From positions 15,952,140 through 16,016,139 of the forward strand of contig CP154954.1 in NCBI GenBank assembly GCA_039621445.1: DNA of 64,000 nucleotides, written 5' to 3'. Positions within the stretch are counted from its first letter, which is position 1. Each line of letters opens with the position of its first letter. The translations under genes were made by a program, and so were the position numbers. This DNA is from Euglena gracilis. Lineage: Eukaryota. The notes under the pieces were generated by a model. That model worked only from the letters and a program-made list of their open reading frames with translations, was not told where the DNA came from and did not search any database. Of the stretch, positions 24,401 to 38,744 are shown piece by piece.

Positions 24401-25669
24401 TATGCAATTCGGTCCACATTGGGTTTACGGCATATCAACATCTCCCTTCTCCTCTTTGTCCAGTCCATGCATCCCTCCCCTCAGGCCAGGGTATGGTGGG
24501 CTTTTGTTTTGTTTTTGTTTTTTTTTGTTGTTACTAGCGGCTTGGTTAGCCCCTGCCCCCTGCCGTCCGTACGTCCAATGGGAGAGTTTGTGGCACAGTA
24601 GTGTGTGAGAAGACCTGTCAACCCCATTCGGAATAGGAGGAAACTATTTGGGCAACCTGACTAGCGCTCTGTGCAGTCGCTTTAAAGAGCGTCAGCGCAT
24701 CAAACACCCAAATGTCTTTGTCTCTAATGAGCGCCTTTTTACTGCCCTGCTGACCACACACACAATTAATTTGAGCAAGGCCAAAGTGGGTTTGGTTTTT
24801 TCTTTGGTCAGAATCGTTCCAGAACCGCCACCCCAGCTTGCCTTGCATGGTTCCATACACATTTTACTTGCCAGGGCGGTGTGACCAAGCCAGTTTACCC
24901 TGCCCCAGTTGTTGATAGGCCACCCACTGAATGGAGGAGGCCATTCGCAGCCCTCGATGGTTCAGTAATTGTTTGATTTGGAAGGGCTTTTGGTGTAGAC
25001 CACTTGATGTTGTGTCATGCATGACGCCACCTCGTGGGTGTAGCGGACGTGGCCAAAGATGCAGATGTAAAGGAGTAATGGGCTGCAATCCATCGCAACA
25101 ATGCATGTAATTTCCGCGGTTGGACGTCGTGTAAAGCTAGTTTCTCGAGTGCTGAGGGCTGTCTACGCCCTTTGCAAGGGCCATGTCATGGTGTCCACTG
25201 GTTGTAGGGGCCCTCATACGATACACATGCACAGCCTGGGAAGCCGTTTTGGTTTGTCAAGAGACTGTCACACAGCTTCCGTGTGCGTGAGGGATCACTT
25301 CATATATCTCGGCCCCATCCTTCTCTCTGTCCATTATGGTCCTGCAGGAAGGGGCTGAGGGGCAAAAAGCATTTTGTCTCATCCGCGGCGCTGGGGGGTT
25401 CCTGGACCAACGGCTCGCCCCGTCGAGGCAGCCTTGCTCCGGGCAGTCTACCCAGCACGCGTCGCACAAATAGGGGGGGGAACCCTGGCCCCGGCGCGGG
25501 GCCTGCCTTGGCGGGGACCGATCCATGAGTCTCCACTTGGCAGGGGTTGATGGCATCCATGTCCCTGCGGGCGGGGCTTGGTCGCCTCACTGCCATGGTG
25601 GACGGGGAGGGGCCACTCAGTGCATGCTGCGTGACCTCCCGGGCCTGGCCACCACACAAAAAAAAAAAA
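18426..25669 (-). mobile_element. Decayed Helitron-like element (Rep + Pif1 helicase remnants), copy 1
   Basis: Minus-strand remnants occur in the expected order: Rep-like GLPVLDRMTIT (~22150) and KLLG...EAQQIVSHYY (~21960); helicase GQSGLGKLV (~20910), ISMTTDG (~20830), EVFGDVNV (~19155) and TYAWAM (~18910). The 5' end is a T-run and the 3' end a GC hairpin (18427-18461). A collinear homolog lies at 38745-46938. Confidence 0.68.
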
Positions 25670-25806
25670 GTATGTATGTATGTATGTATGTATGTATGTA
25701 TGTATGTATGTATGTATGTATGTATGTATGTATGTATGTATGTATGTATATATCTATGTATGTATGTATGTATGTATGTATGTGTGTGTGTATGTATGTA
25801 TGTATG

Positions 25807-25866
<60 letters not shown>

Positions 25867-26370
25867 GATGGATAGATGGATGGATGGATGGATGGATGGA
25901 TGGAAGGGTGAATGGATGGATGGGTGGATGGATGGATGGATGGATGGATGGATGGATGGATGGATGGATGGATGGATGGATGTATGGATGGATGGATGGA
26001 TGGATGGATGGATGGATGGATGGATGGATGGCTGGATGGGATGGATGGATGGATGGATGGATGGATGGAGGGATGGATGGCTCGATGGATGGATGGATGT
26101 ATGGATGGATGTTGTATGATGGATGGGCTGGTATGGATGTGGATGGATGGATGGATGGATGGATGGATGGATGTATGTATGTATGTATGTATGTATGCAT
26201 GCAAGCATGTATGTATGTATGTATGTATGTATGTATGTATGTATGTATGTATGTATGTATGTATGTATGTATGTATGTATGTATGTATGTATGTATGTAT
26301 GTATGTATATATGTGTATGTATGTATGTATGTATGTATGCCTGCCTGCCTGCCTGACTGCCTGCCTGCCT

Positions 26371-26435
<65 letters not shown>

Positions 26436-27095
26436 GATGGATAGATGGATGGATGGATGGATGGATGGATGGAAGGGTGAATGGATGGATGGGTGGATGG
26501 ATGGATGGATGGATGGATGGATGGATGGATGGATGGATGGATGGATGGATGGATGGATGGATGGATGGATGGATGGTTGGATGGAGGGTGGATGATGGAT
26601 TGATGGATGGATGTATGTATGTACGGATGGATGGATGGATGGCTGGATGGATGGGGATGGATGGATGGATGGATGTATGGATGGATGGCTGGATGGTTGA
26701 TGGATGGTCTGGATGTATGGATGGATGGATGTATGGATGGATGGAATGCTGGCTGGATGGTGTCTGGATGGTCTGGGTGGCTGGATGGATGTTTGTGGTG
26801 TGGATGGATGGATGGATGGCTGTGCTGGGTGGATGGATGGATGGCTGGCTGGCTGGATGGGCTGTGGATGGATGGATCTGGATATGTCTGTCTGTCTGTC
26901 TGTCATGCAAGTGTATGTCTGTATGTATGTCTGTATGTCTGTATGTTTTTCTGTCTGTATGTCTGTCTGTATGTATGTTCTGTATGTATGTATGTATGTA
27001 TGTCTGTCTGTATGTCTGTATGTATGTATCTCTAAGTGTGTATGTATGTATGTATGTATGTATGCCTGCCTGCCTGCCTGACTGCCTGCCTGCCT

Positions 27096-27156
<61 letters not shown>

Positions 27157-27600
27157 CATGGATGGATGGATGGATGGATGGATGGATGGATGGATGGATG
27201 GATGGATGGATGGATGGATGTCTGTATGCATGTATGTATGTATGTATGTATGTATGTATGTATGTATGTATGTATGTATGTATGCATTTATGTATGTATG
27301 TATGTATATAAGTATGCATGCATGCATGTATGTATGTATGTATGTATGTATGTATGTATGTATGTATGTATGTATGTATGTATGTATGTATGTATGTATG
27401 TATGTATGTATGTATGTATGTATGTATGTATGTATGTATGTATGTATGTTTATGTATGTATGTATGTATGTATGTATGTATGTATGTATGTATGTATGTA
27501 TGTATGTATGTATGTATGTCTGTATGCATGCATGTATGTATGTATGTATGTATGTATGTATGTATGTATGTATGTATGTATGTGTGTGTGTGTATGTATG

Positions 27601-27696
<96 letters not shown>

Positions 27697-27834
27697 GATG
27701 GATAGATGGATGGATGGATGGATGGATGGATGGATGGATGGATGGATGGATGGATGGATGGATGGATGGATGGATGGATGGATGGATGTGTGTATGTATG
27801 TATGTATGCATGCCTGCCTGCCTGCCTGCCTGCC

Positions 27835-27866
<32 letters not shown>

Positions 27867-28286
27867 TGTGTGTGTGTGTATGTATGTGTGTATGTATGTA
27901 TGTATGTATGTATGTATGTATGTATGTGTGTATGTATGTATGCATGCATGCATGTATGTATGTATGTATGTATGTATGTATGGAAGTCATGTCTGTATCT
28001 ATGTATATAAGTATGTATGTATTTCTGTCGGTTGGTATTTCTGTATGTATGTATGTATGTATGTATGTATGTATGTATGTATGTATGTATGTATGTATGT
28101 ATGTGTGTATGTATGTATGTATGTATGTATGTATGTCTGTTGTATGTCTGTTGGATGTATGTATGTATGTATGTCTGTATGTATGTATGTATGTATGTAT
28201 GTCTGTATGTATGTATGTCTGTATCTGTATGTCTTATCTATGTCTGTCTGTATGTGTATGTGTGTGTTGTTGTATGTCTGTCTGTG

Positions 28287-28359
<73 letters not shown>

Positions 28360-28969
28360 GGATGGATAGATGTATGTATGGATGGATGGATGGATGGGTG
28401 ATGGATGGGTGATGGATGGATGGATGGATGGATGGATGGATGGATGGATGGATGGATGGATGGATGGATGGATGGCTGGACGGACGGATGGATGGACGGA
28501 TGGATGGATGGATGGATTGATGGATGATGTGGATGATGGATGTATTGATGTATGGATGGATGGATGGATGGATGGATGGATGGATGGATGGATGGATGGA
28601 TGGATGGATGATGGATGGATGATGGATGGATGGATGGATGGATGATGGATGGATGATGGATGGATGGACGGATGGATGGGTATGGATGGATGGATGGTTG
28701 GATGGTATGGATGGTGGATGGATGGATGGATGGTTGGATGGATAGGATGGATGGATGGAGATGGATGGATGTCTGGATGGATGGATGGATGTGGATGGTA
28801 TGTCTGTATGTCTGTATGTGTATGCATGCAAGCTGTATGTCTGTATCTATGTCTGTGTCTGTATGTATGTATGTATGTATGTGTATGTATGTATGTATGT
28901 ATGTGTATGTCTGTATGTCTGTGTATGTATGTATGTATGTATGTATGTATGTTTGTCTGCGTGTATGTA

Positions 28970-29000
<31 letters not shown>

Positions 29001-29095
29001 ATGTATGTCTGTCTGTATGTCTATGTATGTCTGTGTCTGTTCTGTCTGTATGTCTCTGTGTGTATGTCTGTGTATGTCTGTACGCATGGTCCAGA

Positions 29096-29287
29096 GGTTT
29101 GGCCCTGGGGTTCTGGGGACCCCCTGGAACCAAAAAAAATCTTCCCTTGGGCTTCGCACCGGCAGACTTTTGGTTTGTGGCGAATTTGGTGAAAAAAAAA
29201 CTCCTGAAAACCGCAATTTGGGGTACTTTTTGAAGCTCCTCGACAATTTTCCGGCGCGCTGGGTTTTTTCTAACCCAGGGGGAGAGG
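29096..29287. repeat. ~190-bp island, copy 1 (left end differs from copy 2)
   Basis: Reads identical to 33706-33897 by eye. Confidence 0.9.
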
Positions 29288-29329
29288 ATGCCTGCCTGCC
29301 TGCCTGCCTGCCTGACTGCCTGCCTGCCT

Positions 29330-29382
<53 letters not shown>

Positions 29383-29827
29383 GATGGATGGATGGATGGA
29401 TGGATGGATGGATGGATGGATGGATGGATGGATGGATGGATGTATGTATGTATGTATGTATGTATGTATGTATGTATGTATGTATGTATGTATGTATGTA
29501 TGTATGTATGTATGTATGTATGTATGTATGTATGTATGTATGTATGTATATAAGTATGCATGCATGCATGTATGTATGTATGTATGTATGTATGTATGTA
29601 TGTATGTATGTATGTATGTATGTATGTATGTATGTATGTATGTATGTATGTATGTATGTATGTATGTATGTATGTATGTATGTATGTTTGTATGTATGTA
29701 TGTATGTATGTATGTATGTATGTATGTATGTATGTATGTATGTATGTATGCATGCATGCATGTATGTATGTATGTATGTATGTATGAATGTAGTATGTAT
29801 GTATGTATGTGTGTGTGTGTATGTATG

Positions 29828-29907
<80 letters not shown>

Positions 29908-29987
29908 CCCGCCTGCCTGCCTGCCTGCCTGCCTGCCTGGATGGATAGATGGATGGATGGATGGATGGATGGATGGATGGATGGATG

Positions 29988-30980
29988 CAGGGTTTTTCAT
30001 CACTACGTGCCACGTAAAATCACATAAATCACGTAAAATCACGTAAATCCATTTTTTGGAAAATCACGTAAATCACGTAAAATCACGTAAAATCACGTAT
30101 GGCAATCAAAGGCGGTAAGAGGTTTTTGTCTTTCTCAGGACGTCTTTTTTTCAACACCCAGTTTTATGCAACCACGGATCAGATCTTCCCCAGGGTTTCA
30201 AGGAAATATTTTGGTTTTTTTTGCAGACGCATGTCTGATTCTGATGAAGGCATTGCAGAAACTGCGGCAGTGGTAACTGACAAAGGGAAGCAGTGTCGCA
30301 AATGGGTCCGAGGTGCAAAAGCCACACCAGAAAGTCGTGCCTCTCAGTTTCCAGGAGTGATGGAAGTTCGTGGGAATTTGCTTTGGTGCACATCCTGTGA
30401 CATTTCCCTTGGTTTCAAGGAAAAGTGTACTGCTGCAAACCATGTGAAATGTGCGAAGCACTTGAAGAATGTAGCCAAAAAACCGCGTGTTGTGAAGAAC
30501 CCAGGTTTGAAAACGTTTTGGGTAGTTTTTAAAATTATTTTTTTGCTTAGGTCCTGCTTCTGACGAAAGGATTGCCGAAGATGCAGATAGTCAGCCCACA
30601 CGCAAAAAATCTGGCACCATGCTGAACGTTGCTTCACTCAGCAACCATTCTGATCGCAAAGAGCTGATTGTTTTTTTTTGTTCATCTGGGCCAGCATTTT
30701 GGTTGATCTCTTGAGTTTGGCATGCTGAATTGGATCCCAAACATCCCATCTGTGCACATCACATGAAGCACACATCACACGTGTGCTTTTTTTGGAATGA
30801 AATTGCATATGAAAGGTTTTTCATTCATTAAGTTCTGGTTCCCAGTGCATTGGTATAAAAAACCGGAAATTTTTTTTTGGCCTGCACGTAAATCACGTAA
30901 AGTCACGTAAAATCACGTAAAATCACGTAAAATCACGTATAGGATTTTTGGCCGTCAGCACGTAATAATGAAAAACCCTG
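29988..30980 (+). mobile_element. Internally deleted hAT-like transposon inserted in (GATG)n
   Basis: 23-bp TIR CAGGGTTTTTCATYAYTACGTGC; subterminal AAAATCACGT arrays at both ends; flanks compatible with an ATGGATG duplication. Confidence 0.88.
30231..30600 (+). pseudogene. Transposase N-terminus with CGGBP1-like (BED-type) zinc finger, truncated
   Basis: MSDSDEG...RASQFPGVMEVRGNLLWCTSCDISLGFKEKCTAANHVKCAKHLKN (CxxC...HxxxxxH); 46-nt GT-AG intron at 30505-30550; no catalytic domain. Confidence 0.75.
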
Positions 30981-31089
30981 ATGGATGGATGGATGGATGG
31001 ATGGATGGATGGATGGATGGATGGATGGATGTGTGTGTATGTATGTTTGTCTGTTTGTATGTATGTATCTATGTATGCATGCATGTATG

Positions 31090-31121
<32 letters not shown>

Positions 31122-31838
31122 TGTATGTATGTATGTATGTATGTATGTATGTATGTAGTCTGTCTTATGTATGTCTGTCTGTCTTGTATGTATGTCTGTC
31201 TGTATGTATGTATGTATGTATGTATGTATGTATGTATTTATGTATGTTGGTATGTATGTATGTATGTATGTATGTATGTCTGTGTGTGTGTCTGTATCTA
31301 GGTCTGTGTATGTGTATGTATGTGTATGTATGTATGTCTGTGTATGTATGTCTATGTATGTATGTATGTGTGTATGTATGTATGTCTGTATGTATGTCTG
31401 TATATATGTGTCTGTATGGTATGTCTGTATGTGTATGTCTGTATGTATGTATGTCTGTATGTATGTCTGTATGTGTATGTCTGTATGTATGTCTTTGTGT
31501 GTTTGTATGTATGTATGTATGTATGTATGTATGCATGCATGTATGTATGTGTTTGTATGTGTTTGTATGTATGTATGTATATGTATGTATGTCTGTATGT
31601 ATCTGTATGTCTGTATGTCTGTATGTATGTATGTATGTCTGTCTGTATGTCGGTGTCTGTCTGTCTGTATGTCTGTCTGTCTGTCTGTATGTCTGTGTAT
31701 GTCTTTCTGTATGTATGTATGTTTGTCTGTTGTGTATGCAGTATGTATGTCTGTATGTCTGTCTGTATGTATGGTGTCTGTATGTATGTATGTATGTATG
31801 TATGTCTCTGTATGTATGTCTGTATGTATGTATGTATG

Positions 31839-31872
<34 letters not shown>

Positions 31873-33294
31873 TTTCTGAATTTATGTATTTATGTCTGTA
31901 TGTATGTATGTATGTATGTATGTCTGTATGTGTGTCTGTATGTATGTATGTCTGTATGTATGTAGGTATGTATGCATGTATGTATGTATGTATGTATGTA
32001 TGTATGTATGTATGTATGTATGTATGTATGTATGTATGTATGTATGTATGTATGTATGCATGCATGTATGTATGTATGTTTGTATGTGTTTGTATGTATG
32101 TATGTATGTGTATGTATGTATGTATGTATGTATGTATGTATGTATGTATGTATGTATGTATGTATGTATGTATGTATGTATGTATGTATGTATGTATGTC
32201 TGTATGTATGTATGTATGTATGCATGTATGTATGTATGTATGTGTCTGTATGTGTTTGTATGTATGTATGTATGTATGTATGTATGTATGTATGGATGTA
32301 TGGCTGTATGTATGTACAGATACATAAATACATGGATGTCTGTATGTATGTATGTATGTATGTATGTATGTATGTCTGTATGTATGTATGTCTGTATGTG
32401 TTATGTCTGTACTTATGTATGTATGTATGTATGTATGTATGTATGTCTGTATGTATGTATGTATGTCTGTCTGTATGTCTGTATGTCTGTATGTATGTAT
32501 GTCTGTATGTCTATGTATGTCTGTCTGTATGTATGTATGTATGTATGTCGTGTATGTCTGTCTGTCTGTGTCTGTATGTCTGTCTGTCTGTCTGTATGTC
32601 TGTCTGTCTGTCTGTATGTCTGTCTGTATGTCTGTATGTCTGTTTGTGTATGTATGTATGTATGTATGTATGCATGCATGTATGTATGTATGTATGTTTG
32701 TATGTGTTTGTATGTACGTATGTATGTGTATGTATGTATGTATGTATGTGTATGTATGTTTGTATGTATGTATGTATGTATGTATGTATGTGTATATGTG
32801 TGTATGTCTGTCTGTATGTATGTCTGTATGTATGTCTGTCTGTATGTCTGTATGTATTTATGTATGTCTGTATGTGTGTATGTCTGTCTGCATGTATGTG
32901 TCTGTCTGTCTGTCTGTCTGTCTGTGTATGTCTGTATGTCTGTCTGTATGTCGGTGTGTCTGTATGTATGTCTGTATGTCTGTCTGTCTGTATATATGTA
33001 TGTATGTATGCATGTCTGTCTGTATGTATGTATGCATGCTTGTCTGTGTGTATGTATGTATGTATGTATGTCTGTATGTATGTATGTATGTATGTATGTA
33101 TGTATGCATGTCTGTATGTGTGTATGCATGCATGTATGTATGTATGTATGTATGTCTGTATGTATGTATGTATGTATGTATGTATGTATGTATGTATGTA
33201 TGTATGTATGTATGTATGCATGTATGTATGTATGTATGTTTGTATGTGTTTGTATGTATGTATGTATGTGTATGTATGTATGTATGTATGTATG

Positions 33295-33328
<34 letters not shown>

Positions 33329-33582
33329 TGTATGTATGTATGTATGTATGTATGTCTGTATGTATGTATGTATGTATGTATGTATGTATGTATGTATGTC
33401 TGTATGTCTGTATATCTATGTGTAGATCTGTGTATGTGTATGTATGTATGTTTGTATGTGTGTATGTATGTATGTATGTATGTATGTATGTATGTATGTA
33501 GTATTTATGTATGTATGTGTTTATGTATGTATGTATGTCTGTATGTCTGTATGTCTGTCTGTAGGTATATCTGTTATGGNNG

Positions 33583-33897
<315 letters not shown>

Positions 33898-33939
33898 ATG
33901 CCTGCCTGCCTGCCTGCCTGCCTGACTGCCTGCCTGCCT

Positions 33940-33992
<53 letters not shown>

Positions 33993-34456
33993 GATGGATG
34001 GATGGATGGATGGATGGATGGATGGATGGATGGATGGATGGATGGATGGATGTATGTATGTATGTATGTATGTATGTATGTATGTATGTATGTATGTATG
34101 TATGTATGTATGTATGTATGTATGTATGTATGTATGTATATAAGTATGCATGCATGCATGTATGTATGTATGTCTGTATGTATGTATGTATGTATGTATG
34201 TATGTATGTCTGTATGTATGTATGTATGTATGTATGTATGTATGTATGTATGTATGTATGTATGTATGTATGTATGTATGTATGTATGTATGTATGTATG
34301 TATGTATGTATGTATGTATGTATGTATGTATGTATGTATGTATGTATGTATGTATATATGTATGTATGTATGTATGCATGTATGTATGCATGCCTGCATG
34401 TATGTATGTATGTATGTATGTATGTATGTATGTATGTATGTATGTATGCATGCATG

Positions 34457-34532
<76 letters not shown>

Positions 34533-34768
34533 CCCGCCTGCCTGCCTGCCCTGCCTGGATGGATAGATGGATGGATGTATGGATGGATGGATGGATTGAT
34601 GGATGGATGGAATGGATGGATGGATGGATGGATTGATGGATGGATGTATGTGTGTGTCTGTATGTATGTATGTCTTTATGTCTGTTTGTATTTATGTTTG
34701 TCTGTCTGTCTGTATGTCTGTCTGTCTGTCTGTCTGTCGTCTGTCTGTCCTGTCTGTCTGTCTGTCTG

Positions 34769-34805
<37 letters not shown>

Positions 34806-36693
34806 CTGTCTGTCTCTCCTGTCTGTCTGTCTGTCTGTCTTGTATGTCTGTCTGTCTGTCTGTATGGCTGTCTGTATGTCTGTCTGTCTGTCTGTCTGTC
34901 TCCTGTTGTCTGTCTGTACTGCCTGTCTGTGTCTGTCTGTCTGTCTGTATGTCTGGTATGTCTGTCTGTCTGTCTGTGTCTGTCTGTCTGTATTTCGTCT
35001 GTCTGTTGTCTTCTGTCTGTCTGTCTGTCTGTATGATCTGTGTGTATGTCTGTATGTATGTCGTCTGTCTGTCTGTCTATCTGTCTGTGTATGTCTGTCT
35101 GTCTGTATTTATGTATGTCTGTATGTATGTATGTATGTATGTATGTATGTATGTATGTATGTATGTATGCATGTATGTATGTATGTATGGTATGTGTTTG
35201 TATGTATGTATGTATGTAGTATGTATGTATGTATGTATGTATGTATGTATGTAGTATGTATGTATGTATGTATGTATGTATGTATGTATGTATGTATGTA
35301 TGTATGTATGTATGTATGTATGTATGTATGTATGTATGTATGTATGTATGTATGTATGTATGTATGTATGTATGTATGTAGGTATGTATGTATGTATGAT
35401 GTATGTAATGTGTGTATTGTTGTTGAATTATGATGTAGGTGTGCATTTATGTATGTATGTGTATGTAGTATGTATGTATGTAGTACGATGATGTATGTAT
35501 TGTATGTATGTATGTATATGTAGTGTCTGTATGGTATGTTATGGATGTGTATGTATGTAGGTATGTATGTATGTCTGTATGTACCTGTATGTATGTGTAT
35601 GTATGTATGGTGGATGTATGTATGGTATGTATGTATGTATGTTATGATGCTGTATGTATGTATGTATGTAGAATGTATGTATGTGTATGTAGTAGTATGT
35701 ATGTATGTATGGTATGTATGTATGTATAGTAGATGGATGTACTGTATGTATGTATGGTATGATGTATGTATGGAGGTATGTATGTATGTATGTATGTATG
35801 TATGTATGTATGTATGTATGTATGTATGTATGTATGTATGTATGTAGTATGTATGTATGTATGTATGTATGTATATATGTCTGTATGTATGGTATGTATG
35901 TATGTATGTATGTATGTATGTATGTATGTATGTATGTATGTATGTATGTATGTATGTATGTATGTATGTTGTATGTATGTATGTATGTATGTCTGTCTGT
36001 CTATGTATGTATGTATTTATGTATGTATGTATGTATGTATGTATGTATGTATGTATGTATGTATGTATGTATGTATGTATGTATGTATGTATGTATGTAT
36101 GTATGTATGTATGTATGTATGCATGCATGCATGTATGTATGTTGTAGGTATGTATGAATGTAGATGTATGTATGTATGGGTGTCTGTGTGTGTATGTTAT
36201 GGCCTGCCTGCTGAGTGTATGTATGTATGCGTGCAGGTATGTATGTATGTATTTATGTAGGTAGTGATGTATGTATTATGTATGTAGTATGTATGTTATG
36301 TAGGTTGGATTAGGTATGGATGGATGGATGGATGGATGTATGTTGTTGGATGTCTGTCTATGTATTATGTATGTATGGATGGAGGATGTATGTAGCTAGT
36401 ATGGATGGAATGTATGTATGTATGTATGTATGTATGTATGTATGTATGTATGTATGTATGTATGTATGCATGTATGTATGTATGTACGTACGTATGTATG
36501 TATGTACGTAACGTATGTATGTATGTATGTATGTATGTATGTATGTATGTATGTATGTATGTATGTATGTATGTATGTATGTATGTATGTATGTATGTAT
36601 GTATGTATGTATGTATGTATAAGTATGCATGTATACACGTATGTATGTATTGTTTGTATGTATGTATGTATGTATGTATGTATGTATCTATTA

Positions 36694-36724
<31 letters not shown>

Positions 36725-36780
36725 TGTATGTATGTATGTATGTATGTATGTATGTATGTATGTATTTATGTATGTATGTA

Positions 36781-36811
<31 letters not shown>

Positions 36812-38610
36812 ATGTATGTATGTATGTATGTATGTATGTATGTATGTATGTATGTATGTATGTATGTATGTATGTATGTATGTATGTATGTATGTATGTA
36901 TGTATGTATGTATGTATGTATGTATGTATGTATGTATGTATGTATGTATGTATGTATGTATGTATGTATGTATGTATGTATGTATGTATGTATAATGTAT
37001 GTGTATGTATGTATGGATGTGTATGTATGTATGTATGTGTGTTTGTATGTATGTATGTGTATGTATGTATGTATGTATGTACGTCCGTATGTATGTACGT
37101 ACGTATGTATGTATGTATGTATGTATGTATGTATGTATGTATGTATGTATGTATGTATGTATGTATGTATGTATGTATGTATGTAGGATGTATGTATGTA
37201 TGTATGTATGTATGTATGTATGTGGGGATGCATGTGTGTGAGTATGTATGTATGTATGTATGTATGTATGTATGTATGTATGTATGTATGTATGTATGTA
37301 TGTAGGTATGTATAGGTATGTATGGATGTATGTATGTATGTATGTATGTTTGTATGTTTATGGATGTATGTATGTATGTATGTATATATGTTTGTATGTA
37401 TGTATGTGTGTCTGTATGTATGTATGTATGTATGTATGTATGTATGTATGTATGTATATATGTATTTATTTATATATATGTATATATATGTATGTATGTA
37501 TGTATATATATATATGTCTGTATGTATGTATGTATGTATGTATGTATGTATGTATGTATGTATGTATGTATGTATGTATGTATGTATGTATGCAGGTATA
37601 ATGTCTGTATGTATGTATGTATGTATGTATGGATGTATGTATGTATGTATGTATGTATGTATGTATGTATGTATGTATGTATGTATGTATGTATGTATGT
37701 ATGTAGGTATGTATGTATGTATGTATGTATGTATGTATGTATGTATGTATGTATGTATGTATGTATGTATGCATGTATGTATGTATGTACGTATGTATGT
37801 ATGTATGTATGTGTGCATGTATGTATTTTTTTTGTATGTATGTATGCATGTGTGTATGTATGTATGTATGTATGTATGTATGTAGATGTGTTGTATGTAT
37901 GTATGTATGTATGTATGTATGTATGTATGTATGTATGCCTGCATGCATGTATGTATGTATGTATGTATGTATGTATGTATGTATGTATGTATGTATGTAT
38001 GTATGTATGTATGTATGTATGTATGTATGTATTTATGTATGTAGGTATGTATGTATGTATGATGATGTGTGTATGTTGCATGTAGGTAGCATATTATGTA
38101 TGTAGTATGTATGTAGTATGTATGTATGTATCGTATGTATGTATGTAATATGTATGTAGTATGTATGTATATGTATGTATGTATGTGTGTATGTATGTAT
38201 GGTATGTATGTATGTTGATGATGTATGTATGTATGTTGTATGTATGTATGTATGATGTATGTTGTATGTATGCTGTATGTATGTATGTATGTATGTATGT
38301 ATGTATGTATGTATGTATGTAGTATGTAGTATGTATGTATGTATGATGTATTTATGTATGTATGTATGTATGTATGTATGTCTATGTATGTATGTATGTA
38401 TGTATGTTGTATGTATGTATGTAGTATGTATGTTGTATGTATGTTGTATGTATGTATGTATGTATGTATGTATGTATGTATGTATGTATGTATATGTATA
38501 TATGTGTATGTATGTATGTATGTGTGTGTATGTATGTATGTATGTATGTATGTATGTATGTATGTATGTATGTATGTATGTATGTATGTATGTATGTGTG
38601 TATATGTATG

Positions 38611-38642
<32 letters not shown>

Positions 38643-38744
38643 TGTATGTATGTATGTATGTATGTATGTATGTATGTATGTATGTATGTATGTATGTATG
38701 TATGTATGTATGTATGTATGTGTGTATGTGTGTATGTATGTATG

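Noticed and set aside
25640-25669. A-run read as the poly(A) tail of a plus-strand LINE
   Set aside because: The coding remnants are on the minus strand and are Rep/helicase-like; no RT motifs. The run is the element's 5' T-tract.
35400-36420. Highly irregular microsatellite as a possible coded pattern
   Set aside because: The scattered 1-nt indels look like unpolished long-read error; the same caveat applies to parts of 10.8-17 kb.
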